DNA of 56,557 nt from Candidatus Thorarchaeota archaeon SMTZ1-45 (GTDB lineage: Archaea > Asgardarchaeota > Thorarchaeia > Thorarchaeales > Thorarchaeaceae). The DNA is taken from the NCBI GenBank assembly GCA_001563335.1, contig LRSL01000029.1, positions 1 to 56,557 of the forward strand, read 5' to 3'. Under the pieces are notes generated by a model. That model ran no database searches and was not told the DNA's origin. It worked only from the letters and a program-made list of their open reading frames with translations. Positions 21,428 through 30,394 of this stretch are shown piece by piece (the stretch's first letter is position 1; each line of letters starts with the position of its first letter). Made by a program: the position numbers and the translations under genes.

Positions 21428-22005
21428 CCTATACGTGGAATGATAAAACCAGCTCTCTTCCTGTACTCAAGATACTCATCACCATAGTGTAGTACAAGTT
21501 TTCGTTCCTCAAAGTATGCACCAATCATTGTGTAAAATATCATACATAACGAGAAGACGAATACAGGTAAGAATGGATAGATGAGTGCCAAGGCTAACAA
21601 GACTAAGACTGTTGCTAAATATAGCGGATGTCTTACACGAGAGTAGATTCCACCTGTAACAAGCTCCGCTTTCCTATCAGTCCTCATGTCAGCCACTGTA
21701 CTGACAGATATTACCCTTGTAGCCATCATTGCAATGATTACGCCTATGATACCTAAGATGACTCCTGAAGTGAATAGTAAAGGCTGAATTAGAACGGGAT
21801 TCATGACAAAATATAGCCAATCCCAGAAATTCATTGATATAAATGCGATCAGAAGCGTAATCACACTCGAAGTGGTGAACAAGCGTGCATATCCTTCCTT
21901 CCCCCATCTGTCAATGATTTTCCCTTTAATTGCAAGTGCGGACATTCCAGAGTGCTGCAAACCAAACACTGTGGATGCAAGTATGATATATAGATACTCA
22001 ATCAT
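21424..22005 (-). CDS. Isoprenylcysteine carboxyl methyltransferase/PEMT-family membrane protein
   Basis: LVTGGIYSRVRHPLY and EERKL..YGDEYLEY motifs. ATG 22005 is the likely start. Confidence 0.85.
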   Translation of the reverse strand: MIEYLYIILASTVFGLQHSGMSALAIKGKIIDRWGKEGYARLFTTSSVITLLIAFISMNFWDWLYFVMNPVLIQPLLFTSGVILGIIGVIIAMMATRVISVSTVADMRTDRKAELVTGGIYSRVRHPLYLATVLVLLALALIYPFLPVFVFSLCMIFYTMIGAYFEERKLVLHYGDEYLEYRKRAGFIIPRIG

Positions 22006-22111
22006 GGCGTAAACCCTTCGTTTTGATAGCCAATTCATATTACATTAACCTTATAAGTTAACTATTGTGTATTTAACAATAGTTAATACATCCAATTTGG
22101 GTGAATGATAA

Positions 22112-22684
22112 ATGATTGAAGCTGCAAAAAATCCCTTCTCTGCAATGGAGATGTGGGATGACACAATGGTCACCATTAACGAGGGTGATGAGAAGAAGAG
22201 AGTGGATGCAAAGAGATACAGAATCCGCTACCTAGTTGGAGAGAGTGAGGACAAGAGATTTGTCGATGGTGGCAGTGATAACATCGAGGAACTTACTGAA
22301 AAGACAGTATTTCTTGCACCATCAGTCCACCGCCTTTCTGGAGACCCATTCCACTACGACCATGGGAGAGTAGAAAGTATCAGTGGGAAGACTAGAATTT
22401 CTGAGAGGACAAAGCAATTGTATCGTCATGATGTTTGTGAGGATCATAAGACAATTGAGGTCATCTTCGAGAGCCCTGGAGTTGAGTGTTGCGCAATGTC
22501 CAAGGAACAAGCAGATAAGATGCGTGTTCCACTCCAATACATGGCGGGATACATGCTCGGTAAGAGCGAGGGAATGGTGAAAATTGCTCTCTCGAAAACA
22601 GTGATTGATGATGGAACCGAGTACTATGACAACATACACATCATCCCAGAGTCAGCAATCAAACAGATGTCTTGTCTGGAGTAA
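22112..22684 (+). CDS. Hypothetical protein
   Basis: 190-aa ORF with a GGGTGA RBS and an upstream TTATAA box. Confidence 0.7.
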   Translation: MIEAAKNPFSAMEMWDDTMVTINEGDEKKRVDAKRYRIRYLVGESEDKRFVDGGSDNIEELTEKTVFLAPSVHRLSGDPFHYDHGRVESISGKTRISERTKQLYRHDVCEDHKTIEVIFESPGVECCAMSKEQADKMRVPLQYMAGYMLGKSEGMVKIALSKTVIDDGTEYYDNIHIIPESAIKQMSCLE

Positions 22685-22695
22685 TACGTATTCAA

Positions 22696-22774
22696 GAGGT
22701 TGAACGTCCGATCATCTCCTTGATCTGGCTGCCCCCACACAGCTAGACTTCCTTTCGCATCGGGCGTTCACCTC
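22696..22774 (+). ncRNA. Putative structured RNA/terminator hairpin with a central bubble
   Basis: 22696-22712 pairs with 22759-22774, and 22724-22731 pairs with 22740-22747. G-U pairs favour the + strand. A T-rich tract follows. Confidence 0.55.
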
Positions 22775-23011
22775 GCCCTTCTTTTATTTCTACCTTAGTT
22801 TCTTGCAGATTCCATACATATGTATGAGGATAATATGTTTTCTTTGAAAAAACTAGAGGAAGCTGGTGCATTAGCTCACTCATGCTTAGACTTATATACG
22901 TAAATAATAGCGCTTGGGGAAGCATCCTCGTTGGACTGTGATTTTACGTATCCTTTGGCCAAGCATATTCGCGGCCATATCTCAAGTGGATGTAAATAGG
23001 TGATTCAAAAA

Positions 23012-23956
23012 ATGGCAAGACCAGCACGACCCGCAATGAATAGTCGACAAGGAATGGTCGTTTGTTCTGTATGTGGAGGTAGTGATTTTTACCAAGACTT
23101 GACACGCGGCGAGCACATCTGTACGTCTTGTGGATGTGTGATGAACGAGAGAATCTTAGATACTGGACCTGAGTGGCGAGCATTCACTGCTGAAGAGCGT
23201 AATTCTAGAGCAAGGACAGGTTCACCAATGACATTGACAATGGCAGACAAGGGTCTTGCTACAACAATTGGCTGGAGCGACAGAGATGCTAATGGACGTG
23301 CAATTGCTGCAAACAGTCGTGCAGCAATCTATCGAATGCGAAAGTGGCAGATCAGAACTCTGGTTCATAGCTCTCAACATAGGAATCTCAGCATTGCTAT
23401 GAGTGAGATGGACAGACTCACTTCACAGCTTGGGGTTCCACAAGAAACTAAAGAAACCTCAGCTCTTATCTACCGAAAAGCTTTGAGCAGGCGTCTCGTT
23501 AGAGGTAGGAGCATTGAAGGCATGGTAGCAGCAACCATTTATCTCTCTTGTCGGATTCATAAGATCCCAAGACAACTTGATGAGATAGTAACTGAGGCAC
23601 GAGTCAATAGGAAGGAGCTTGGTCAATGTGTACGTCTAATCCTCCGCAATGTTGATGTCAAGGTGCCAATTCCATCAGCTAATGACCTAATGCCAAGAAT
23701 CTCAGCAGACCTTGGTCTTGATGGAAAAACAGTCCTGACTGCGATGGGCATCATTAATGATGCTCGGGAAAGGGGTATAACTGCAGGTAAAGACCCAGGT
23801 GGCCTTGCGGCGGCAGCACTCTATATCGCAGGCATCATCGAGGATGATCGTCGGACTCAAAGAGAGATTGCTGAGGCTTCAAATGTCACTGAGGTGACTG
23901 TTCGAAATAGGTACAAGGACCTGGCTAACAGTCTCCAGATTACAATCAAACCATAG
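23012..23956 (+). CDS. tfb: Transcription initiation factor IIB (TFB), paralog 1
   Basis: Zn ribbon CSVC..CTSC, GPEWRAF, GRSIE, GKDP..LAAAALY, TQREIA, VTEVTVRNRYK. Confidence 0.96.
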   Translation: MARPARPAMNSRQGMVVCSVCGGSDFYQDLTRGEHICTSCGCVMNERILDTGPEWRAFTAEERNSRARTGSPMTLTMADKGLATTIGWSDRDANGRAIAANSRAAIYRMRKWQIRTLVHSSQHRNLSIAMSEMDRLTSQLGVPQETKETSALIYRKALSRRLVRGRSIEGMVAATIYLSCRIHKIPRQLDEIVTEARVNRKELGQCVRLILRNVDVKVPIPSANDLMPRISADLGLDGKTVLTAMGIINDARERGITAGKDPGGLAAAALYIAGIIEDDRRTQREIAEASNVTEVTVRNRYKDLANSLQITIKP

Positions 23957-24041
23957 TAGTTGGGAATCCCAGCTACTCTCATCTTCTTTTTCGATACAGT
24001 AGATTCATTTGTCAGAATTTGTTAGCAGATTCTGAATTCCT

Positions 24042-24791
24042 ATGACTCAGTTCATTCTAGCTCTATGTGGACTCCCAGCTTCTGGTAAATCAGCTCTCGC
24101 TGACGCGATTAAAAAAGCAATGAATTCCAACATAGAGATAGTAAGAACAGACGACTGGAGAAATAACTCGTATTATAAAAACTGGAAACCTGAGAGAGAA
24201 GGTCCAGTACGCGCAGCTGCGTTGGATAAGGTGACGGAATTAGTCATACAGGGCAAGAGTGTGATTCATGATGATACAAACTATTACACAAGTATGCGTC
24301 ACGAACTCTTCAAAATAGCCCTTGAAAACAGATGCGCTTTTGGAGTCATTCATGTGACTACACCTCTAGAAGTAGCACTCAAATGGAATAGTGAGCGACC
24401 TGATTCTAGATTTCCAAATGAAGTAATTGAAAGGATAAATGCCCGTTTTGATTTACCTGGAAGACGTTATCTCTGGGATAATTCTTTGATTGAAGTGGAT
24501 ATGTCGATCAATGAGACTGATGTCAAGGTAGCCAAGATCGTAGAGGATATTCAAAACCTCGAGTGTGTAAAGGAACCAGAACAAGTGTTGACGACAAGTA
24601 GTGAATTTGAAATGCTAGATGATGAAACGCGAAAATGTATTTCGAGGTTTCTTGAGGACAATCCGAGTCTACGTGGGAATAGGGAGGTGTCAAGAATTAG
24701 ACGAGCCGTTCTCAATCGTGCTACTCAAAGTATGATGTCAGGAAACGATGTATGTGAATTACTTCTTGAAGAGCTCAGCAAGCTGTTATGA
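24042..24791 (+). CDS. pstK: O-phosphoseryl-tRNA(Sec) kinase
   Basis: P-loop CGLPASGKS, DDTNYYTSMR and WD motif; adjacent to tRNA(Sec), SepSecS and SelB. Confidence 0.9.
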   Translation: MTQFILALCGLPASGKSALADAIKKAMNSNIEIVRTDDWRNNSYYKNWKPEREGPVRAAALDKVTELVIQGKSVIHDDTNYYTSMRHELFKIALENRCAFGVIHVTTPLEVALKWNSERPDSRFPNEVIERINARFDLPGRRYLWDNSLIEVDMSINETDVKVAKIVEDIQNLECVKEPEQVLTTSSEFEMLDDETRKCISRFLEDNPSLRGNREVSRIRRAVLNRATQSMMSGNDVCELLLEELSKLL

Positions 24792-24793
24792 GA

Positions 24794-24884
24794 TGGCGGC
24801 CTCCTAAGAGAATCGAACTCTCAACGCTTGCACGTTCATGGGTTTGAAGCCCACGGAACCAGACCACCGGTCCTGTAGGAGGCC
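24794..24884 (-). tRNA. selC: tRNA-Sec (anticodon UCA)
   Basis: Minus strand reads GGCCTCCTA CA GGACCGG TGGT CTGGTTC CGTGGG CTTCAAA CCCATG AACGT GCAA GCGTT G AGAG TTCGATT CTCT TAGGAGGCC G CCA: 9-bp acceptor stem, 7-bp D-stem, 6-bp anticodon stem, long variable arm, 4-bp T-stem, G73 discriminator and encoded CCA. Confidence 0.97.
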
Positions 24885-24927
24885 AAACACTGTTAGGAAT
24901 TCAAATATGAAACAATCAGCCCTGAAT

Positions 24928-25581
24928 CTAAATGTAACGGCTGATGATGTCTTGGGTTTCTTTCTTCCACTCAATGCTCTTTTTTGCAAGCTCTGCAGCA
25001 ATATTGCCTGGTAGAGTTTCTTCCCGAGGTAGAGACTCAATTCTTGAGAGCCATCCAGATGTTGTTAAGGTCAGAGAAGGTACGTTTGCTTCTCCCTCAG
25101 TGGCTTTGATTATCATTTCACGACCATGAGCAACTTGAATGTAAACGTCGCTGAGAGGTGCCTTGTTGAGAATTTCCCGCACTGTCTTATCCCAACAAGC
25201 TTTTGCAACAAGAGCACGCTTCAACTTAGCCTTGTCATTATCAGGTAGGGATTCGTATTTCGCTAAAGCATTGTTCAATGAGCCTGCAAGACCATCAAGA
25301 AAAGCGCCTAAAGCAACCTCATCAACACCTTCTGCTTCAACCCCAATGGTCGATTTGGCTCCGTTGACAGTAATGTTTACGAAGGCTTTTTCATTAGCAA
25401 TACGGAGTGAGAATTTCGCTGCACCATCAAAGACTTGACTCTCTGCTTCGGTATGTTCTTCCAAAATCACATTGGGTTTGGAAGCGACAGAGTACCAAGC
25501 GATTCGGAAAACTGTAGCTGAATCATCGGTAGTATAATTCAGAGTACGTGAAACCTTCACCATATCTTCTGAAGCATCCAA
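24928..25581 (-). CDS. Hypothetical protein within the Sec operon
   Basis: 217-aa ORF with a GGGAGGT RBS; 30 nt after sepsecS and 43 nt before tRNA-Sec on the same strand. Confidence 0.75.
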   Translation of the reverse strand: MDASEDMVKVSRTLNYTTDDSATVFRIAWYSVASKPNVILEEHTEAESQVFDGAAKFSLRIANEKAFVNITVNGAKSTIGVEAEGVDEVALGAFLDGLAGSLNNALAKYESLPDNDKAKLKRALVAKACWDKTVREILNKAPLSDVYIQVAHGREMIIKATEGEANVPSLTLTTSGWLSRIESLPREETLPGNIAAELAKKSIEWKKETQDIISRYI

Positions 25582-25611
25582 CTGTCTGACCTCCCTCTAG
25601 GGTCTCATAGT

Positions 25612-26931
25612 TTATTTACTGACTTCCTTATAGAGTTTGGTCGTAGCTGTTTCCACATCATTTCTCGATGCTCCAATGGCCGCATTCATCACCAAGTAGC
25701 TGTGCGGATAGTTGTCACATGATGAACCATACTCCCCTTTTCCAACAGCTCGTGGACCTGTCACACGCGCATTGTATAGTTTCGCCCCTATATCTTTTGC
25801 ATCGAGTTTATCCATTGTTATGGCAAAAGCCACAGGATTCCATACCGAGAGGACTCTTTGTCCAATTTTTTCTGCAATTTCATTCATTTTCTCATATAGG
25901 AGTTGCAAGTTCTCTTTTTGCTGTCGCTGGAGGTCCTTGTAGGGATTCAGTCCAAGCGATAGAAGAGCAGCAAGAGTTTGCACAATCGGAGCTGCTGATG
26001 CACGTCCTGCATAGCTTTCCATGATTTCCTCGATGAACTCTTTTGATGGAGACACTATGATTGATGCACCTACTGGGGAAAGGAAGTTCTTGTCACTACT
26101 CTGAACAACTGCGTCAACACGTCCAGCATCCACGGCAGACCGAATCTCGTTCATGATTTTTTCTGATTGAACACCATAGGCATTGTTGATGATTAGGGGA
26201 ACATCATTGTCTGAACAGGACTTGGCAATTTCTTTCACCGGGTCGGATTCTCTTGGTGGGAAGAATGTGGTTGTGGCAAGGATAGCGCATGATTCAGATT
26301 CTTTGATTTGATTATCTAGCTTCCCTAGGTCGACTTGGACTGAGTCCCCTTCAATGGTTGTTGGAACTACAATCTCCTCAAGTCCCACAAAGGCAATCGC
26401 ACGATGAGGAGATATGTGATCAATACGGGGAAAAAGCACTCGCTTGATTCCGCATTCTCTTCGTAGTGCACTCAGAACGAGAGCAATGCTCATTCCAGTT
26501 GACATGGGGGTTACAATACCCGATTTCATGTTGCTTAGACCAAGTTTCCGAATTGCGTCTAATGCTACACTGTTAGCAACTTGCTGCATCAAAGATGCTC
26601 CGGGTGCCTTTGGTTGTGGAGCAGTTAACTGACCACTTCTTCCTATACCATGATTGAAGCCTGCAGACAATCGACCAATAAAGGGAGAAGCTACTCTGGC
26701 TTCACGTTCACCAACTCTTGCAGCTTCAGGGTCTTTGTCGGTGTCAAGTGATGAGAGAAGTTGTATCATGATTTCAAGTTGAAGATCTGTAAGACCCTTT
26801 TCGGGAAAGAGCCGTCTGTTGAGAACATCTCTGACTGGACCCAATAGTGAGTCCACTGTTATTCTGCCACGTTTCAATATATTCTCAGGGATGTTCTTCT
26901 CGAGGATGCGATCAATCTCATCATTGTCCAA
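25612..26931 (-). CDS. spcS: O-phosphoseryl-tRNA(Sec):selenium transferase (SepSecS)
   Basis: RVGEREARV, HGIGRSG, QPKAPG, INNAYG, QSSDKNF (PLP Lys) and YAGRAS motifs. Confidence 0.96.
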   Translation of the reverse strand: MDNDEIDRILEKNIPENILKRGRITVDSLLGPVRDVLNRRLFPEKGLTDLQLEIMIQLLSSLDTDKDPEAARVGEREARVASPFIGRLSAGFNHGIGRSGQLTAPQPKAPGASLMQQVANSVALDAIRKLGLSNMKSGIVTPMSTGMSIALVLSALRRECGIKRVLFPRIDHISPHRAIAFVGLEEIVVPTTIEGDSVQVDLGKLDNQIKESESCAILATTTFFPPRESDPVKEIAKSCSDNDVPLIINNAYGVQSEKIMNEIRSAVDAGRVDAVVQSSDKNFLSPVGASIIVSPSKEFIEEIMESYAGRASAAPIVQTLAALLSLGLNPYKDLQRQQKENLQLLYEKMNEIAEKIGQRVLSVWNPVAFAITMDKLDAKDIGAKLYNARVTGPRAVGKGEYGSSCDNYPHSYLVMNAAIGASRNDVETATTKLYKEVSK

Positions 26932-28315
26932 ACTTATACTCCTCCTCTGTGAGCCGCTGATATGTTACTGTATCTGACTCTTTCACTGAGCCTTTGAATT
27001 CTACTGATACAACCCCTCGAGTACCAAAAGTCTGCTTAATAACCCCAACCACTCCACTAGCTGTAGTTACTTTAGAGCCTACTAATCTTTCTGCAACTTC
27101 TTTTTTGGATGCGAGCGATTCCACAAGTGCATCTTTCTCACGAACACGTTGGACACTACCAACCCTTGTTCGAGGTCTTGAGAGAATCATCTTCCCCGGA
27201 ATATCTACAACTTCACCAGACGCAACTATTCTCATCTGTGTTGGGGGTAAATCAGTACGAAGTAGTAACACCTTGGTCCCCTTTGTGAGGGCAATCGGTT
27301 TCTGAAGAAGAAGTGCTGCATTGAACTCCAGAGTTACAATCTTGTCTTGAACAACATTTGTATTATCAATAACTATGAGAGGTAATATCTGTCCCGTAAC
27401 GACTGGCATTCCAGCTGAAACACTGACCGTCATCCTCTTTGTGATGCGACCTTTATACAAGGGATTGATTTCTAGTCGAGCAAGAAATGCAGTAGCTCGA
27501 GTCATACTCAGAGGCGCACATAGATAATCGCCCCTTGTGATTTCAGTGTCATCAATCTCTGGTATATTGACACCAACCCGATCACCAGCACTTGCTGTTT
27601 CACGATTTTCACCAAAGGTCTGTATCGATCGAACTCTGCTTGTTTTACCAAGTGGTGCAATCTCGACAATATCACCAAGGCTTATTCTCCCTCTTTGAAT
27701 AGTACCTGTCACAACTGTGCCATGACCTTTGACAGGAAATGCATGATCGATAGGAACAGACAAAGGACTCTCTTTGTTTCTCATTCGAGGTGATAGAATT
27801 CGTAATAGGGTGGATCGGAGTCTATCTATGCCTTCCTCCTTTATTGCTGAAACGCTCACAATCTCAGCATCAGCAAAGGAAGTTTCAGCTAGAATCAATC
27901 GGATTTTCTCTTCCACATTCTTGAGCTTAGAGGATGCTACAATATCAGTCTTGGTCATGGCAACAAGTATCTTTTCCACACCCATTGACTGAAGGACAAT
28001 AAGATGTTCACCAGTTTGTACCTTTGGACCTTCGTCAGCAGCCACAACTAGAATAGCTGCATCAATTATATTCGCACCCGCAACGACACTTCGAATCAAG
28101 TCAGCATGTCCAGGAGCATCCACTAATGTCACCAGATAGTTATCAAGTATGAACATTGTGAACCCAAGATCAATGGTTATGCCACGTTTCTGTGCCTGAG
28201 GGTGCTTATCCAAACCAGCAGTGGATACTTTCTCACTGAGTACTTGTGCAAGAGCTGTCTTCCCATGATCTATATGACCCATGAGACCCACGTGAACAGG
28301 CACAAGATTGTCCAT
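26921..28315 (-). CDS. selB: Selenocysteine-specific elongation factor (archaeal SelB/eEFSec type)
   Basis: GHIDHGKT, GITIDLGF, DAPGHADL, IDHAFPVKGHGTVVTGT; short C-terminal domain IV (TFGTRG) and no bacterial winged helices. Confidence 0.95.
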   Translation of the reverse strand: MDNLVPVHVGLMGHIDHGKTALAQVLSEKVSTAGLDKHPQAQKRGITIDLGFTMFILDNYLVTLVDAPGHADLIRSVVAGANIIDAAILVVAADEGPKVQTGEHLIVLQSMGVEKILVAMTKTDIVASSKLKNVEEKIRLILAETSFADAEIVSVSAIKEEGIDRLRSTLLRILSPRMRNKESPLSVPIDHAFPVKGHGTVVTGTIQRGRISLGDIVEIAPLGKTSRVRSIQTFGENRETASAGDRVGVNIPEIDDTEITRGDYLCAPLSMTRATAFLARLEINPLYKGRITKRMTVSVSAGMPVVTGQILPLIVIDNTNVVQDKIVTLEFNAALLLQKPIALTKGTKVLLLRTDLPPTQMRIVASGEVVDIPGKMILSRPRTRVGSVQRVREKDALVESLASKKEVAERLVGSKVTTASGVVGVIKQTFGTRGVVSVEFKGSVKESDTVTYQRLTEEEYKFGQ

Positions 28316-28419
28316 ATACTTGCCTCAGGTCAAGATGAATATCACTTGCATAAAACCTTAGTCACAAATAAGTAGAGATACAGAGGAGTTTATTGGGAAC
28401 CCGTACCAGACTGAAAAGT

Positions 28420-28845
28420 ATGGTGTCACGGTCTCTTGAGAAGATGATGCTTATTGCCATAGGACTATCGACAGTCGTTATTATAGGCGTGCCAGTGTTG
28501 ATGTATGCAATTGACACAATTAGCACAACAACACAGTTGCAGGAGGCTGTGTTAGTTGCAGGACAGATTCATAATGCAACCAGAGATGTAGACACAGGGG
28601 TTCTCAATACCACATCAATTACATTTTGGGTTAATCCAGGTCTCTCAGTGACAGCAAATGAGAAGACTCTGACTGTGTTGTTTATCGACAATGGAACACC
28701 AGCAAACACTTGGGCAGCCACTTATTCCCATGATATTATAATCAATGAACCAATATTGTCGCATACAGGAAGAGTCCTCTATTCTGCAGAGTTCACTTTG
28801 GTTGATGATTCTATTCACATCACATTTCTTGAGGTTCCAATTTGA
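28420..28845 (+). CDS. Small membrane-anchored protein, possibly pilin-like
   Basis: MVSRSLE followed by a long hydrophobic helix and then a beta-rich domain. ATG 28420 is the likely start. Confidence 0.55.
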   Translation: MVSRSLEKMMLIAIGLSTVVIIGVPVLMYAIDTISTTTQLQEAVLVAGQIHNATRDVDTGVLNTTSITFWVNPGLSVTANEKTLTVLFIDNGTPANTWAATYSHDIIINEPILSHTGRVLYSAEFTLVDDSIHITFLEVPI

Positions 28846-28934
28846 GATTACTAGCATTCAGGAAATAGAGCACAACGTTTTTAATCTGGACTCAGGTTCA
28901 CGCCGCAAACACCCTCGGGTGAGGACTGAAAGCA

Positions 28935-29996
28935 ATGGCGGAGGATGTCGATAGAATCGACGAAACTGGTACAGATGAGGAAGAGTCCGAACCAGAGGAT
29001 GAAATGCCAGAAGATGAACCAAAGAAAGTGGAGATTAAGGAGCCGAGGAGAATTAGCCTCAGATCAAATCCTCTTGGGCTGATTTTGAACATTAGGATGC
29101 TGCGCCGAGTCTTCCAGATTCTTGCATTCATAGGAATCAATGGGTATATTCTTCTCGCATGGTTTAGAATGCCAAATGTTCAAGCCTTTTGGCTATCAAT
29201 CTGGCAAAACTTACCAACACTACCAATTTTAGCTCCATTGGAAGCACCTTTTGGAGTTATAGCAGGCTCATTTGACACAATGATACGGGAGTTCTCAACA
29301 GGTATCTTTCCATTCTTCACTATAGGCGCGATGTTAATCATTGTTGTCATTTTTGGGAGGGCAGGCTGTGGATGGATCTGCCCGATTGGCACGATTCAGG
29401 ATTTAGTCACTCTGCCAAAACGAACAAAGACACGCCCAACCCATGGGACAGAAACAGAGCTTCGAAAGGTCAAGGCATATGTTTTTGTCGTTGTAGCATT
29501 CCTCGCTGTATGGGTTGGATTTTCAAGACTCTCAGGGACTGCTGAAACTTTGGAGAACGCATTGGGTGCATTTGTGAATGATGCGTTTGCACCTCTTAAT
29601 CCTGCATACATACTGTTTGTCCTTTTGCCAGACCAACTGTGGCCAACAAGCCTCGATACTCTGTGGTACTTCTCACAATGGGAATGGGCACTGTTGCAGA
29701 TGATATTTGTTATTTTCGTATTTTTCATTTCTTTCTGGATTCCAAGATGGTTCTGTAGGTGGCTTTGTCCTGCAGGCTGGTTCTATGGTGTCTTTTCACG
29801 AGATGCGTTGATTGGAATAGCACGGAATCCTGCGCGCTGCACCCCTGACACATGCAATGTGTGTGAAGTTGTTTGTCCAATGAATATACGAATCCGGAAA
29901 TTCCCGTACAAACATATGTACAGCCCGGACTGTATCATGTGCTTGGATTGCAAGAGTCACTGTCCAAATAATGCCATTATCTTGAAGTTCTCATAG
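28935..29996 (+). CDS. NapH/MauN-type membrane 4Fe-4S protein
   Basis: GRAGCGWICPIG, FCRWLCPAG, two C-terminal ferredoxin motifs, TM helices and an acidic N-terminal tail. Confidence 0.87.
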   Translation: MAEDVDRIDETGTDEEESEPEDEMPEDEPKKVEIKEPRRISLRSNPLGLILNIRMLRRVFQILAFIGINGYILLAWFRMPNVQAFWLSIWQNLPTLPILAPLEAPFGVIAGSFDTMIREFSTGIFPFFTIGAMLIIVVIFGRAGCGWICPIGTIQDLVTLPKRTKTRPTHGTETELRKVKAYVFVVVAFLAVWVGFSRLSGTAETLENALGAFVNDAFAPLNPAYILFVLLPDQLWPTSLDTLWYFSQWEWALLQMIFVIFVFFISFWIPRWFCRWLCPAGWFYGVFSRDALIGIARNPARCTPDTCNVCEVVCPMNIRIRKFPYKHMYSPDCIMCLDCKSHCPNNAIILKFS

Positions 29997-30350
29997 ATTC
30001 AAGTGGCTAGATGACTCGAGTATATCATTGAATGCTTTGTTGATATTAGAATATAATTCCATGAGTTTCAGACCATTCTCTGTAACTCTCGCACCACCAC
30101 CACCTTCTGTGCCACCTTTGAAGGTTTCAACCAAAGTGATACCCAGTTTTTTCTCTATCTTTTTTATAACGCCCCAAGCATAACGATAAGACATGCTGAG
30201 TTTTTTTGCACCTTTTGTGATAGTGCCTTCTTCATATACGGATTTCAGTATAGCATAGGCTCCAGGTCCAAAAATGTACTCTCCATCTCTTTCAAACCAA
30301 AGCTTGTAGTCTGGCACCAGAGTGAGACTATGTTTCTCCTTACCACACAT
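29991..30350 (-). CDS. ModE-like winged-helix regulator (N-terminal domain only)
   Basis: KLWFE...FGPG, ITKGAKKLSMSYRYAW, GGTEGGGARVT. Confidence 0.88.
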   Translation of the reverse strand: MCGKEKHSLTLVPDYKLWFERDGEYIFGPGAYAILKSVYEEGTITKGAKKLSMSYRYAWGVIKKIEKKLGITLVETFKGGTEGGGGARVTENGLKLMELYSNINKAFNDILESSSHLNL

Positions 30351-30394
30351 GTAAAACCACTCCATGCACATGATTTGAGGATCATGCTTGCGAT

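Noticed and set aside
24804-25040. 78-aa ORF from the track overlapping tRNA-Sec, and the many antisense or nested short ORFs
   Set aside because: They overlap well-supported genes or the tRNA and carry no motifs, so they are treated as shadow ORFs.
26912-26923. selB ends in tandem TGA TGA, suggesting Sec readthrough
   Set aside because: The pattern is dictated by the overlapping sepsecS codons (MDNDE), more stops follow, and TGA stops are common in this window.
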